Shown here one piece after another: positions 12,876-29,686 of a stretch of DNA of 64,000 bases. Location: the NCBI GenBank assembly GCA_964016885.1, contig OZ024742.1, forward strand, positions 66,030,001-66,094,000, in the 5' to 3' direction. A program made the position numbers and the translations under genes. Below the pieces are notes generated by a model that made no database searches, was not told the DNA's origin, and saw only the letters and a program-made list of their open reading frames with translations. The stretch is from Eledone cirrhosa. Lineage: Eukaryota. Every line of letters starts with the position of its first letter. The stretch's first letter is position 1.

Positions 12876-12946
12876 TATTTTATCTGATAAGAACGCAAAT
12901 ATCGTCCCAGGATGATATTTGTTTTTGAAATGTGCATAATTAAATA
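12876..12946 (+). ncRNA. Hammerhead motif (core CTGATAA), same family as 46400-46471
   Basis: TATTTTAT-ctgataa-gaacGCAAATATCGTC-ccag-GATGATATTTGT-tttt-gaaat-gtgc-ATA-ATTAAATA. The downstream tail matches 46251-46331. Confidence 0.72.
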
Positions 12947-12979
12947 CATGGAACTTTTTTAACCATCTCTAAATTTCTT

Positions 12980-13189
<210 letters not shown>

Positions 13190-14265
13190 TATGTCTTCAA
13201 TTGATTCTTGAACTAATGGAGGATACACTGAAAGAGAAGTAAAGCTGTATGGAGCAGTGTATTGTTGCGTGTGGTGCGATGTAATGTAAGGTAGTGTGGT
13301 GGTATGGTGTATAGTATGCTATGCTAAGTTGTGGTGGGATGTGGTATAGTGTGGTGAGTTGTGGTATAGTGTGGTTGGAGTAGAATGGAAGGATGAATAT
13401 AAAACAAAATAAAAGGAATCATAATCTTCACAAATTAACTAGGTTATTAAAGAATGGAAAATAGAATTGGAGATAAAAAAAAAATGTAGCAAAATAGAAA
13501 TGTTCATTCTTTCGTTTCATTTGGAAATGATAAGTTCTGTCTGATGATAGAAGGAAGGGCGTTGGTAGTGGTGTTGGAAATAGTATTGGAGGCGGGGGTG
13601 ATGGTGTGAATGGGTGTGGTGCGAGTCGTGATGGTGGTAGTAGTGGTAGTATTAATGGTAATGGTGTAGGTAGAAGTATTGATATGTACTGTTTTTGTTG
13701 ATAATAGTGGTGGTTATGGTATTGGAAATGGAGGGAAGTGGGGGTGATGGGTTTGTTGTCATCGTAGTAGTAATGTTGGTAACGTCGAGGCCGTAGCAGT
13801 GTTGGTAGGGGTGGTGGTTACTGGTGGTGATGCTTGCGAAATTTGGGCTGGAGTTGCTGATAAATGTGGTGCTGTGTTGGTGCTATAACTAATGTTAGTG
13901 TTAGAAGTGGATATAGTGGTGGTGAGAGTGGTGGCGCAGATGTTTTTATGGTCATGGTGGAGGTGATGCTTGTAAAAATTGTTGCAACATTGGTTGCAGT
14001 ATTTGTTGTAAAACTGGTGTTGGAAACAGTGGTACTGGTTGGGATAGTGGTGAAAGTGTGATACTGTTTATGGAGGTGATGTTAGCGCTGGTAGTGGGAA
14101 AGGTGGAGTTTCTGGTAGAACTAGTCCTAGATAATTTTGTGAAAATGCTCCTGAAGCTGGTCGCTCTGATGTTGGATGAAGGTTTTGTTATAGTTATTGC
14201 TTTTTAAAACCTTTTCGTGAATATATATATATATATACGTGCGTGTGTATATATTTATATATATA

Positions 14266-14387
<122 letters not shown>

Positions 14388-14440
14388 TGTGTGTATGTGT
14401 GTGTGTGTGTGTGTGTATATCTATATATATCTATATATAT

Positions 14441-14584
14441 AACAAAGGAATTGTGGTAAGGAACCAGATGAACCATACCGCACCAGAGTACTCAATACTT
14501 AGGGTAGTAGAGTGGGAAATAGGAAATAGGAAATAGCCGTCAAAACGGCTTGAGCTCTGCCGTCGGGGTCATACTTTTTCCTAT
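14441..14584 (-). repeat. TA-flanked fold-back family F copy (internally deleted)
   Basis: Near-identical to 50816-50995 and to the reverse complement of 58930-59119. Confidence 0.85.
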
Positions 14585-15766
14585 ATATATATATATATTA
14601 ATCAAACATGAGAAAAGCATGCCCTTTGTTGTGCAGATCTCAAATATCAATGTGCTTGGTGGTTCCAACGCACGGAATGGAGATCGAATATCCTGGAGGA
14701 TAGTGAGGGAGAAATAGCCATTTGAACACGCATAACTCTTGAAGGTTCCCAATGCCACCACGGTAACAGTGAGTAAGCAGTTGGTAAAGGGACCAAGAAC
14801 GCTGGAAGACTCCACCGCTATTGTTTGGTTAAAGTTGAGATGAATGTGATTTTTTGTAGCTGGTGTGGGTAGCCTTAGAGGTGGTAGAGGTTTTGGTGAG
14901 TGTAGTGTTACTAATGGTACCTGATTGAGGTGGTGAAGTTATCGTAGGGGTTAATAGAAGATAATTGCAAAGGATCCTCTTTAAATAAATAGTTGTGGAT
15001 ATTGTTGTTTAACTCTAAGTCAACCATATGAATATAGGTGTTCCTAGCATAAGCATCTTCTGCAACGTTATCTTTAAAAAAATATCTCTTGTTTTTATGA
15101 AATTGGATGTGATTTGAATGAGATTTGCTACTATTTCAAGCAATTTGCGTGATCAAATAGAGGTTCTCATATTATATAACTCCATATTGTCATGTTAATA
15201 ATGATAGCGTTGTTGGTATTGTTAATGGTTGCGGTGGTGGGAAATTCCTTCAGTGTTTGTGGGCGAAAATGGGGAAGACGGCGGGGATGCTAGAATGCCG
15301 GAGACGGCAAATAATTAAGACTAGATAGTAAAATATGAATGGTGAGTGATAAGGAGGAGATAGAAAGGGCAAAAGAAAACGAAAGAGACTAATATGGACA
15401 AATATGAGATAAAAGTGAGAGTGAGAGAGAAGAGGGAGAGGGGGAGAAAAAGTGGAATATTGATAAATAAAGAGGGAAAGAAACAGTCATACAGACAAGA
15501 AGAGAAAAAGATATCAGGAATGAAGCTGAACATAGTTGTGTGTGATGTTGGTGGTGAAGATAGTCGTGTAAACAAGAAAGTAAAAACTAAAGCATTCATA
15601 TTGCTGGTGCTGCTTCTGCTTCTGTTGGTGTTGAGGAGAAGGTGTATGTGTAGAATTCGTATGTGTGCCAGTGTGTGTAGAATTTTATGAGGAGCAAACG
15701 AAAAAATTGACAGAAAAAAAGAAAACGATCTCTCTCACTTGCTCTCCATCTCTCTCTATATATGCG

Positions 15767-15798
<32 letters not shown>

Positions 15799-15841
15799 GA
15801 TATACATATGCGTGCTTACATATACATATATTCATATATAA

Positions 15842-15940
<99 letters not shown>

Positions 15941-16227
15941 TGGCGGGTGGAGATGCTGAATGAGGTGCTGGTGTTGTTAGTGAAACTGGGAAACTGGCGC
16001 TGATGGAGGTTGTAGAGTTATTAAGTAGTACGGCAGTACATTTTATTGGTGGAGGTGAAGTAGGGTGGAGAGGGAGCATGTTATGGGAAGAATTGTCATA
16101 GAATTCTCTACGAAGACTATAAACAGAATAGCCAAGTAATTGAGAAATCAAAAGGAAAGCAAGCATCAATAATGAAAGATATTTAAAGAGAAGATAAATC
16201 TCTTTATATATGTATACACCCACACTC

Positions 16228-16260
<33 letters not shown>

Positions 16261-16470
16261 TGTATGTATGTATGTATGTATGTATGTATGTATTTATGAA
16301 TGTATGTATGTATGTATATATGTAAGTATGAATGAATATATGTATTTATGCATATATAATCATACACACGCAGGTACGTATATACATTTACACACATATA
16401 TTCCCATATATATATACACAGACACATATACGCATACACACGCGCACACAAACTCATATACGCACACACT

Positions 16471-16510
<40 letters not shown>

Positions 16511-16540
16511 GGAAAAATTTGAACAGGAACAAAACAGAGA

Positions 16541-16590
<50 letters not shown>

Positions 16591-17869
16591 ATATGTATAG
16601 ATATTCATACGTGCTCAAGCTAGAGTAACATCCTTCAAAGTGCAATTTAAATAGGGTATGCAGAATTGTTCATAATACATTAGCGTATAAAGTAAAGAAT
16701 TAATTTTATGACATTTCTAAGACACTCCCCACAGGATGAATGAGTCAGTCACTCAGCACCTGCAACTAATAGGACCAGCCAGTGTTACGTTGAATAAACA
16801 CTAGAATTATTTAAAGGTTAATCCTGCCTGTGGAACGTTTAGCGGCTTAAATCACTATTTCGAGATCAATTTAAACACTCCTCTTTAGACCTGACGAAGG
16901 TCCATTCCATTTTAATCAGTCAGAATAGTGCTGACTTCAGCACAATCTGAGAGCGATTGACTGAGATTTTCGGGATCGATGATTTGTCTGCGAGTGAATG
17001 TTGGCATGAGCGTGGTGTGCGTGCGTGCTTATGTGTGTGAGTACGTGTGTATAATGTGTGTGTGTATGTGCCTTTACATGTATATATTGGTATGCGTGTT
17101 CGTGTGAGAAATGTGGTTTGGCCCACATAATGCATTGTATTACTTTTTCTATCAATTCAAATTTTCCCAGGAAGAAGATGGATGTCGTTTCTAACAGAAA
17201 ATCAAGGCTTCATTGCAGGAATCCACTTATCAACTGTGCAAAAATACAGGTTGATTGTTGGAAATGTCTTATTGAATCTATACATGTATACAAGAATGGG
17301 CGATTGTAAAATGAGTTTTGCTTTCAATCTCGCTGCGCGAGTGGAAGAGTTCCTGTGTAGTTGGTGGAGGTTCGGGTGTGTGGGTGTCTGAGTGGAAGGG
17401 TGTTGAGTGTGGTGAAGGTGCTGTCTAGGGGAAAAGTGGTGGGGCTTTTACACCGGGTGGGGTTGGGGAAGAAAATGATTGGAGATAAAACTGAGCTGCT
17501 GTTCCCTCCTGCAAATCTACACTCTCCAAAGTAAACAGAGGTGATTTTCATTTCAGTAACAAAAGGGAAGACCAAACCCCACCTCCCTGGTACTGAATAG
17601 GACAGATCTGCACATGTGCCTGCCGAAACATGCCTGTCTCTGGATATACTACATCTTCAGAGCTGACGCATCTGCGGAAGTGGCGGAATTTCATTGCTGG
17701 AAATTCGCGTGACGTCCCAAAAGCTGCAGCAATATGCCAAGAATTGAAGTACCTTGCATTCATCGTTTCAAAATACAAAAAGAAAGTTGAAAAAGTTGCA
17801 AAAGAAGCATATGTGCATAATGGATTATGGAGAGAAAGACTTTTAAAACACGGGTGCCACCCTCTATTT

Positions 17870-18222
17870 CGCAGTGATTACTTGAGTTCAAATCCAGCCG
17901 AGGTTAACTTTGCCTTTTATCCTTACGGGGTTGATAAAATAAAGTACCAGTCACGCACTAGAGACGATTTAATCGACTTTCCCCTACCCCTAAATTGCTG
18001 GCCTATATAAGGCACCATTATTATATGATAACAGGGCGGTTAATTGGCGGTATTGGTAGAGGGTCATACATGCTTTCCAGCGTAGTTATGTCCCTTTACG
18101 ATCTGAGTTCAAATCCCGCCGAGGTTAACTTTGCCTTTCATCCTTACGGGGGTCGATAAAATAAAGTACCAGTAATACACTTAGTAGTTGCTGACCTTGT
18201 GCCAATAGTAGAAACAATTATT
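17870..18222 (+). mobile_element. Two tandem Meta-domain tRNA SINE copies
   Basis: Both contain GAGTTCAAATCC.GCCGAGGTTAACTTTGCCTTT.ATCCTTACGGGG..GATAAAATAAAGTACCAG (B box plus Meta-like domain). Confidence 0.82.
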
Positions 18223-18686
18223 ATATGATAACAGTCTTAAGAAATATGACCAGTAATCGTGTAAACCGCACTTTGAAGTTTGCTACTCTTTGAACAATGC
18301 CTTGACAGAACATACTTACAGTGAAAACAATTCTCTCTAACAAGGCCTGCAATTTGTGGGATGAGAAAACTCAACTATATAAGTACTAGTGATTAACTGT
18401 AATTCATTGTATCGACCACTTAAAGGATGAGTGACGAAGTATATCCACGTAGGAGTGGGATTTAAACTCAGAAAGTACGAAGTAGTAACTGAATATCACA
18501 AAGCATTCCCTCCGACGTTCTACCGAAACTGCCAATCCCCCGTCACTTGCAGCTAAAATAATAAAATATATTATAGGAAATTTTGGACCCAAAGAAAAAT
18601 ATAGACATTTAAATAATACATATATGTATAAAATACACCTGCACAAAAATTGCATTTAGACTACTCTCACTTTCTCCAGCTTCAGA

Positions 18687-18726
<40 letters not shown>

Positions 18727-19027
18727 CGGGCACCCACTGAAGATTTGTAAGAGCCCACTTGCATAAGAATCCGTTGATCTTACGCAAGTTTCTACATAAC
18801 TTGGTATAATTTTACATTGAAACGATTCGTTTGGGAAATGAGATCTTTAATATATCTCATACAAAATAATACAGCCAATTATCCACACAATACGATATAG
18901 TTAGCACTCCAAACGTTTAATTGGGAATATACTCAGGTATTTCCTAATGTTTGTTGAGTGAGTTGGAAATTGGTCGGAGTATCGCTATTAGATTTCTCCG
19001 TTTATGTTATTATATATATATATAATA

Positions 19028-19214
19028 AGGGCGGTGGATTGGCAGTATCGGTGGAGGGTCGGACGCCATGCTTTCCATCATAGTTACGTCCGTTAACGAT
19101 CTCAGTTCAAATCCCGCCGAGGTTGACTTTGCCTTTCATCCTTAAGGGGTCGATAAATAAAGTACCAGTAATGCACTGGTTAATTGCTGGCCTTGTGCCA
19201 AAAGTAGAGACAGT

Positions 19215-19218
<4 letters not shown>
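19028..19218 (+). mobile_element. Meta-domain tRNA SINE
   Basis: Full copy from GGCGGTGGATTGGCAG to CCTTGTGCCAAAAGTAGA and a TTA tail. Confidence 0.85.
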
Positions 19219-19274
<56 letters not shown>

Positions 19275-19817
19275 GTACAGCATATACGAAGTTCGATCAG
19301 CAGCTAAGCCAACGAATGCCTTTAGCAGGCAGCCAAGCACTCGATGAGAAATAGAGCTCAGAGTAATAACATACAGTTTAAAGGCCTTTGCAAATTTAAA
19401 ATGGCGACCGCTAATTCAGCCGCGTGATCTGTAGCAACGAAAGAACTGACAAGTGAGAACAGGAAATACACACACACACACATACACACATATACACACA
19501 CATATATATATATACATATATATATATATAAAATATACATACATACATACATACATACATATATGCACATATCTGTATATATAACATACCTTGACCGCAA
19601 CGTGGAAATGACTGAATATATATATATGCCTACGTACGTACATGTGTGGTGGGTATGTGAATATCAATGCAGCATGTAAAATAACATCAAAATATATATG
19701 AAATGGTATGAACCATTCAAAATAAAATAATGAAATACAAAAGTAGACCGACGGCTTGAAATTTTGTATAAGTTAACCTCCACATGTTAAGATTATATCA
19801 ATAGACACACACCCACC

Positions 19818-20737
<920 letters not shown>

Positions 20738-21984
20738 CAACACATGCAGCAGTCTGCCACACAGTTGCCTCCCTGTATTCCAGTGAACCAAATTCCATAC
20801 TTCAGTTATAAATAAACAAACAGTAAAAATTTGCTAAAAGTAAAAATAAATTCTTAACGTCAGACCAGTAACAAACGAACTGAGAACTTTCAATTGACGA
20901 ATCCTCAACAATGCGCCACTGTTCCATTGAGTTTCGTTGATTTCCGTTGCATTCATGCAACCAAGGGGCTTCTTTCCGCTATTCAGCATTCGATTTATTC
21001 AACTTTACAATCAAAATAATAGTCATTTATTGTATAGAATTTATTAACAGACAAGTTGTTAGTCTTTAATATCAAACTGTGGTGCTGAGTCTGTCTTTAT
21101 AGTATACATTCATTCAGTATATGTCTGATCACACACACACACACACAAACATACCCACTGACATGTATATGGGTATATACATATATATGTATATATGTGT
21201 GTGTGAGTGTGTGTGTATGTGAGTGTGTGTGAGTATGTGTGTGTGCATGTGTGTGTATGTGTGTGTGTGTGTGTGTTTATAAGAATGATTATGCGCATTT
21301 TCTTTCTGTTTTAAAAAATTGACCCACTCCAAGCAGGGCGATAAACCAATAAAATGCAAGGGGTTGCTGAAAAGGTATAAAACAGAGTGAACATAATTCA
21401 ACAAGTATGACAATTGATATTGCTTTAAAAGCAAGCTGCTGGAGGCAAATTCCATGTGAGAGAGGCGCCAAGGAAGAAATTATTACAATAGAATTTGCGA
21501 TTTTATCTAAGAGCTTCGTGTGAAAATTCATGAGATCTAACCGCAAATCAGACTGGGCATCAAAGTGGAAAGCTAATTTGATCAACGTCTATGAACATTT
21601 GATCGAAAAGGCATGAAGAGCCATCATTCCAACGGTGTGATACATATTGAACCGGCTTGATAAGTGAGGACCAATAATGTTCACGATTATTCTTTGGATT
21701 TTACCTAGACTCTCAAGTACGAGACCAAATGTGGGCACAATATTCAATGCACAAATGGTACATTTATAAATATATGTATATGATACTTTCAGGTTTGAAC
21801 AATTTTCTGCCACAACAGATTGGACCAAACCTCCAAGCATCATATTCGGCAATCGACACGATATAATCGTTCCCACACAAATCAGTGGAAAATATGTGAC
21901 CAAGAGGCGTAAAGAGTTGCTCTCTTGGTAATATGAACAGACATACTAACGGAAGCCAAAATTGGTACTCAATGGCGATTAAAA

Positions 21985-22172
21985 TATTGTTTCTACTATT
22001 GGCACAAGACCAGCAATTATCCCAGTGCATTACTGCTACTTTATTTTATCGACCCCCGTAAGGATGAAAGGCAAAGTTAATCTCAGAGAGATTTGAACTC
22101 AGAATGGCAAGGGCCATAACTCTATGCGTCAAAGTATGGCGTCCGACCCTCTACTGATACTGTCAAATGGCA
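21985..22172 (-). mobile_element. Meta-domain tRNA SINE
   Basis: Reverse complement of the 19028 family. Confidence 0.82.
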
Positions 22173-22394
22173 GTTTACTCGCAAAGGGGTTGAAGTTAAC
22201 TAGCAGATTCTCAACTCAACTAGTAGCCCCACTCAAAAACAGATCAAAGGTCATGTTTAAGAACAGCTGTTAATTAAACGTTATCAAACTCACCAGACTT
22301 AATATTAAGACCAGAATAAAAAGCTGTGTCAACAGATTAGATAAAAAGCTGAAAAAATAACAATATCATGAACCAAGATAGCGACCTGCGGAGG

Positions 22395-22719
22395 GGTTAA
22401 GATCCCCTTCGGTCATGAATGACCATGGGAGTTGCACCCAAAAAGCTCCCCTCCGAGGCACAAGTCCGGGCAAGGTTGTTTTGTGGAAGACCAGCAGTTG
22501 CCCATGCATACCAGTTCCCCTCTCCACGCCACTGATGTTATCCAAGGGAAAGACAAAAGCCGACACAGCTTGGCATCAGTGACGTCACAACTCCTTTCGA
22601 CAGCTTAGTGAAATATAGTGTCTTGCTCAAGAAGGCAACGCATAGCTCGGTCTGAGAAGCGAAGGCACAACCTCACGATTGTAAGCCCGACGCTCTAACC
22701 ATTCAACCACGCGCCTCCA
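22395..22719 (-). mobile_element. Full-length tRNA-derived CORE-like SINE
   Basis: GGAGGCGCGTGGTTGAATGGTTAGAGCG head, TTCTTGAGCAAGACACT, and a 3' region also seen degenerate at 45931-46050. Confidence 0.8.
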
Positions 22720-22899
22720 TTAATGTGGAAAAGACTACGAGACTGGTTATACAGGTCAATCATCAGTACATGATTTGATGAAGAAGACTCAAGTGGTTTG
22801 AAATTCTGTCTAGAAATACTATATTCCCTCAACTTAAGAAGGTCTCAGTGCCAAAAACTGTCTAAAGCCTTAGACACATCTGAGGCAACAGTACTTCCT

Positions 22900-23600
22900 T
22901 CGCCAGATTAATCCAACGCACGACAGGTTCTCTCAACGATAACTGTTAATGCATCAGTAGTTGATCGGGAGAAATGACCCATAACGTGTGGCCATATCGC
23001 TATCTACCATCTGCAACCTGTTCTACAGCAAACCAACTCAGTCGATGTCAGATGGTATTTAACACAGAAATAGTATTGTGTTTGGAGAAATAATGTGATA
23101 TGGGTGTCGGACTGCACAGAGGGTGCATATTTTCACAGCAGTATCGGTAGAGGGTCGGACTCTATGCTTTGCAGCTTAGAGCTACAACCCTTTACGGTCT
23201 GAGTTCAAATCCCGCTGAGGTTAACTTTGCCTTTCATCCTTACGGGGTCGATAAAATAAAGTACCAGTAATGCACTGATATAATTGCTGGCCTTGTGCCA
23301 AAAGTAGAAACAATTATTAACAGGACAGATATGCGCAGCTGGGCTGGAAGAGGTATCAGGACTGGCGAGTGTAGAATCAATCGGCTGGAATTTGTAGACG
23401 GAGACGGAGAAGAAATAACAGTCACATTTCACTCAAATAACACCCTATTGTTTTTCTTTCTAAATGAAACGACCTGGATGTATCATAATATATAGAATAG
23501 AAAAAGGAGCTCCCGTCAAGAACACCTCCGGTGATACATCAGTTTCATCAGTGCTTATCTTTGGCAGATAACAAACAATACCTGCAATATGCAATATGAC
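22900..23600 (+). pseudogene. Ancient LINE RT remnant interrupted by a SINE
   Basis: GVGLHRGCIFS (GxxQGCxLSP motif) ends at about 23136. After the SINE, GIRTGECRINRLEFVD corresponds to the LxFADD motif. Confidence 0.55.
23137..23320 (+). mobile_element. Meta-domain tRNA SINE
   Basis: Same family as 19028-19218. Confidence 0.82.
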
Positions 23601-23642
23601 ATGTATGTGTGTGAGTAGCCAAAGTGGATGGATGCCACAAAA

Positions 23643-23860
23643 TGGTGGTGGATTGACAGTATCGGTAGAGTGTCGAACACCATGCTTTGAGCATGGAGTT
23701 ACGCCCCTTTTCCATCTGAGTTCAAATCCCGCCGAGGTTAGCTTTGCCTTTTATCCTTACGGGGTCGGTAAAATAAAGCACCAGTAATGCACTGAGGTCG
23801 ATTTAATCGACTTTCCCCTCCCCCAAAATTGCTGGCCTTGTGCCTATAGTAGAAATCATT
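23643..23860 (+). mobile_element. Meta-domain tRNA SINE (long subfamily with GTCGATTTAATCGAC insert)
   Basis: Same core, plus an internal palindrome shared with the 17870 and 43635 copies. Confidence 0.82.
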
Positions 23861-24104
23861 ATGTACTACAAAGCCTACATCAGCATCCTCCATATATTTA
23901 CTCCTTCCCAACCTGACTAAACCTATCGAACTTCGATTATGCAGATTCGACTTCCTTTGTCGTCTTTGTTGGTGTCAGGGTCTACTGAAGTTTCTGCTCT
24001 GTTATTGTTATATCCATTGATGTCGTGAATAACAAAATACTGGTTGTCAATGATTATAGAAATATTGACTGTTATTAAGAAACTTTTTACATTTTATGTA
24101 GGTA

Positions 24105-24496
24105 CTGTCGGGTTCCAAATAATAGAGGGGGGGGGGAATAAACAGGCGTGGTAGATGTAATAAGGGGAGGGGTTGTAATAAATGGGGGGATCTGGGCGTT
24201 CGAAAAGCGCTAATTTTTTTGTCGTTTAGTTTACATAAAGACCCCAACATATCCTATTTATTTTGTAACGTAAGTGATTTGTTGTAACGTACTTTTTTTG
24301 TCATGTATAATCTCTTTTAATTGTCGCAGAATGCTTCCGCTTAAAATAAAATTTCGCCGGAGGTTTAGCAAAATTTCATAAGCGAAGAGGGGGAGTTGGA
24401 ATATATGCAGGGGTGGGATATGTGGAAAAAATCTGAAAAATTAATAACCGGCGGTGGCGGGGGAGGGGGGTTACACGATTATTCGAAACCGGAGAG
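24105..24496. mobile_element. Non-autonomous TIR DNA transposon (MITE) with TA target duplication
   Basis: TA-CTGTCGGGTTCCAAATAATAG ... CGATTATTCGAAACCGGAGAG-TA form imperfect 21-bp TIRs. Confidence 0.7.
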
Positions 24497-24807
24497 TAGT
24501 TTCCCGTTCTAACAAACAACATGTTACATGAAGAACTAAACGCATTACATGAGAAATGAACTGAAATCGAAATAGGTGCATACGAACGCATTTCCTTTAT
24601 GATAATGGTTACCAGGATAGTATCCATTCTAATAATTACTACATATGGAATGATAAAAGATTCACACACGTATAATTATAAAACATCACACAATATTTTC
24701 ATATATTTTCATATATTGGTATCTATGAAATACATTGGTTTCTGATTTAGGTACAAGGCCAATTATCTATAATATATATAGAAATATTTTAACATATAGA
24801 TGCATAA

Positions 24808-24875
<68 letters not shown>

Positions 24876-26058
24876 AAACACTCACATTACCCCCCCCTCT
24901 ATATCTCTATCTCTCTCTCTATATATGTATATAAAATAACGGAGTATCTTTCATCTACAGATGGTCATGATAAATAGTAGATCAAATTATATTGAATTAT
25001 ATATGTATATGTATTGAATTATATATGTATATGTACTGAATTATATATGTATATATGTACTAAATTAATTCAAATACCCACCTGTATATATAAACACAAT
25101 ATTTCCAATATTAACCACCACAATAGTTAGTACATTCAAGTATAGAGGTGTTATGTTTAGAAATGAATTTACCCACCCATATAGATACAGAGAAACACAG
25201 TCTTTCTCATATATTCGTAAATCATATGGTTTAGTAAATTTAAATATAGAGCTATTATGCAGTAAAATGCATTTATATACATATATAGGTACACTGATTC
25301 ACAATTTCTTTTAGTTATTGGGATATTTAATAGGTAGAACTACAAAGTAAAATCAAATGTTGAACATATATGTTGAGAATTACATTCACACCCTGATACG
25401 GACATATAAGAAGATTTTATTTCAGATATTGGCGTCACGATTCTAGTTCGTAATACACAATATATCTAAACACTAGTCACAGCATTACGGGAATATATTT
25501 CGTTAACATTCTGATTAATGTTGGGTCAAATATATAATCACTTTTATGTATTGAGAGGCGTTGGGTGTAAATTGAAACATAGCATTACTTGTTCCTTCAT
25601 CTATTTGTAAGAAGCAAGATAAAAGATAACTTTAGCTGATATTACGAGAATCTATCATTAGATATATGGCAAATAGGGAGAGCGGAAATGTATACTAACA
25701 TTAGGTTTGAAGATCGTAATTTCAATACACTTCAATAAACTTCGAAAAAGGCTGACAATTTCTGTCACATGTCCAACAATAAATATCGGTTGAACACACA
25801 GAGAAAGAACAGGTATAAGTATGGGTAACACTTAATTTCTATTTATCATGCTGTTACTTATATTACATTAAATGATTTTGTGGTGCCGACAAAATTCTGA
25901 GAGTGAAAAGTAACGCTATTTCAGAGCGTACTTTGAAATATCACTACTGTGTATGTACGTGTATGGTGTTTATATACAATACATATATTATATTATCATA
26001 TTTATATATTATATATTTTGCAAACAAATGTACACACGATACACACACGCACAAACAC

Positions 26059-26100
<42 letters not shown>

Positions 26101-26452
26101 TATGTATATATATATATATATATATCAGATATAAGTTACATATCCTAACACAGAAACATAGAGAGACTTAGAGGAGAAAGGTAGTCACATGTAGGTCGAT
26201 ATATAAGATAGATATATAATCAGTAAGATAGGTAGATCGATAGAACGATATAATCGAATATTTTGGCATAAATACAAACCCCCAAATCAAGCGTTCGATA
26301 TTCAAAGATATATACTATTATACATACATCAATAGGAGGCAGAGCAGAGATACTGTGCCTACCTACAATAAACAGTTGCAATATGGATATATTACGCTGG
26401 CTTTATGAATATATAAATATATACACACCTTAAACAGCAAAAAAAAGGGAAT

Positions 26453-26544
26453 GAATAATCATGAAATGCATATATATACACACATACATATATACATAGG
26501 CACACTCATACATATATACATACATATATTTATATATATATACA

Positions 26545-26577
<33 letters not shown>

Positions 26578-26790
26578 GCATATATACCAAACTACATACA
26601 GAAATATATAAACCAGTGTTACGTAGATGTATATATATATAGATCAGAGTGAATAATCATGAAATGCATATATATTCTCACATACATATATACACACATA
26701 GGCACACACATACATGTATATATACATACATACGAAACTACATACAAAAATATTTAGACCAGCGTTATATATATGTATATATATAAGAGT
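26453..26790. repeat. About 198-bp diverged tandem duplication
   Basis: GAATAATCATGAAATGCATATAT...AAACTACATACA...ACCAG occurs at 26453 and 26651. Confidence 0.75.
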
Positions 26791-26961
26791 GTGTATATGT
26801 GTATGTTGCTGTGTGTGTGTGCGCCTATATTGACACCGATAATATTAACTTTATAATGGTGGACATAAAATAAATTGCCCAAGTATCTGTATCCATATCC
26901 TAATCTATCTCTATATCTATCTCATCTCACTCTCTCTCTCTCTCTCTCTCTTCTCCCCCTC

Positions 26962-27020
<59 letters not shown>

Positions 27021-27148
27021 GCATACACACACACATAAATATATATATATGTATATAAATATATATATATAAATATATATGTATATATAGAGATATATAC
27101 ACATGCATATATAAATATACATACGTATATATATATATATATATACAT

Positions 27149-27185
<37 letters not shown>

Positions 27186-27237
27186 TGTATGTATATGTAT
27201 ATATATATATATATAAATATATATATATATAATACAA

Positions 27238-27304
<67 letters not shown>

Positions 27305-27567
27305 AAGATATGGAGGGGAAAGCCACAGAAGATAGAAGATTACACTCAGAGAATGATGGAGAGAAAAAGCAATAAAAACGTCTGTGTTTGTGTGTTTGTG
27401 TGTGTGAGTGTGTGAGTGCGTGAGTGTGTGAGTATGTGTGAGTGTGTACGTACAAAATTATGAGTAATATTTAAGAACAAAGCAGACAAAAGTCTTATAT
27501 ACGCATAAATGAGTATATACATAAAAATAAAGAGAGAGCAATGTATAGTGATATATTTTACCTACAT

Positions 27568-27625
<58 letters not shown>

Positions 27626-27910
27626 TTTTTTATATATTTTATATATGTGTGTAAGTATATAAATAAATATATATATATATTTATACATATATGTATATAT
27701 ATATATATGTATATATATATATGTACATATATATATGTGTGTGTGTGCATGTATGTATATATACATAAATACATGCATAAATTTGGACGTCGAGACTTAT
27801 GGCAACATCTGTAGAATTTCTTGCAGAATATAGTTGCATGCATATATTGAAATGACGGATATATAGAAAAACACTTGCGTACAAATGTAAGCACTTGGAT
27901 ATGCTCATAC

Positions 27911-28006
<96 letters not shown>

Positions 28007-28101
28007 ATATGCATGTATATGAATCAATGGGCTACATTACGGTGATTTAATGCCACTAACATACCATTATCACTCCCCAAATCAGTTAAAACCAGCCTCT
28101 A

Positions 28102-28189
<88 letters not shown>

Positions 28190-28364
28190 CATATATATAT
28201 ATACTCCTATATAATACATGTATATATATGAACATTTATATATGGGCACATATAATCACACACGCACACATATATATGTGTATGTATATAAGGATCCAAT
28301 TATATGTATCTATATATACTGTACCGATTGTGTTGTTATTTCTGTTTACCTTTTACATACATAA

Positions 28365-28402
<38 letters not shown>

Positions 28403-28932
28403 ATATATAAATATAGTCAAACACACACATACACACACAGACACACAGACACAAACACACACACACACACATACATATGTATATATAATTATCTACACAT
28501 CTACAAGACTGGTTTTTAAATGTGTAGTCGAGAGTGGCGAAACTATTGAAGGGAGATTAACGTATGTAATACGAGAAAATATGAAATAGAAAGTCTTAAG
28601 AAGAAAGAAACAAGTGGCGAGTTAGTTTGTTCTTTGATGAACAAAGACGAGGAAAATTCAGAGACAAGATGGCGAAGATGTGGCATGATTGGAATACGTA
28701 TTGGTCGGGTGGCTGGATATAGAAAGGGAGTAGGAAGAAACGGAATAGAAATGGGCAAAGATGATTTGAAAGATACTGAAGAGCGAGGTCACGTGATGAG
28801 AGCCATTGCTGTCGTAGCCTTTTGGGCGTCTTCACCGCTTTGTTGCTACAAAGGAACGCTTTAAGACTTGCTGACACACACTCACACACATATATGTACG
28901 AATGTATATAAAATGTTTAACCTGTTTATACA

Positions 28933-29001
<69 letters not shown>

Positions 29002-29145
29002 TGGTATCCTGCTGTCTATAGAAGGGGCCGTAAATATTATTTTAACAGAATGCCGCTTTAGAGGATCGTTTCAATGAGATTAGCTGCTGAGAAGTACAGA
29101 TTCTATAGTAGGCTCTCATTGCATTAGGTTCCGTGGAAAATTCTA

Positions 29146-29177
<32 letters not shown>

Positions 29178-29184
29178 CATAGAT

Positions 29185-29262
<78 letters not shown>

Positions 29263-29284
29263 ACACACACACACACACACACAT

Positions 29285-29334
<50 letters not shown>

Positions 29335-29347
29335 GTATATATATATA

Positions 29348-29378
<31 letters not shown>

Positions 29379-29655
29379 ATTCAGCAATGAAAATGAGGCT
29401 AAAGAGATGTTCTTAATTATTTCATTGCTTTATGATCTTTACAGAGGGTTTATTGATCATGCTGATTCGATATATTGTTTTTGAGAGAGACAGGGAAATG
29501 GATCAAGGATATCAAGATTAGAAATAGGCGGTGACATAACCTGTTAGTCAATATATCGATTGATCATGATTAACCAAATCTTTGAAACGATTGAAAAAAA
29601 TACGAACTAATTAAAAAACCTGTCTTTGACATGTTTTATTTTCATTCTTCCATAG

Positions 29656-29686
<31 letters not shown>

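Noticed and set aside
13240-14200. G/T-rich region (and 54420-55000) as possible Gly/Val- or Thr-rich coding sequence
   Set aside because: Degenerate (GGT/GTT)n low-complexity DNA with stops in all frames.
17540-17860. 126-aa ORF (17630-18010) as a host exon
   Set aside because: Its 3' third is SINE sequence, there is no recognisable domain, and splice support is absent.
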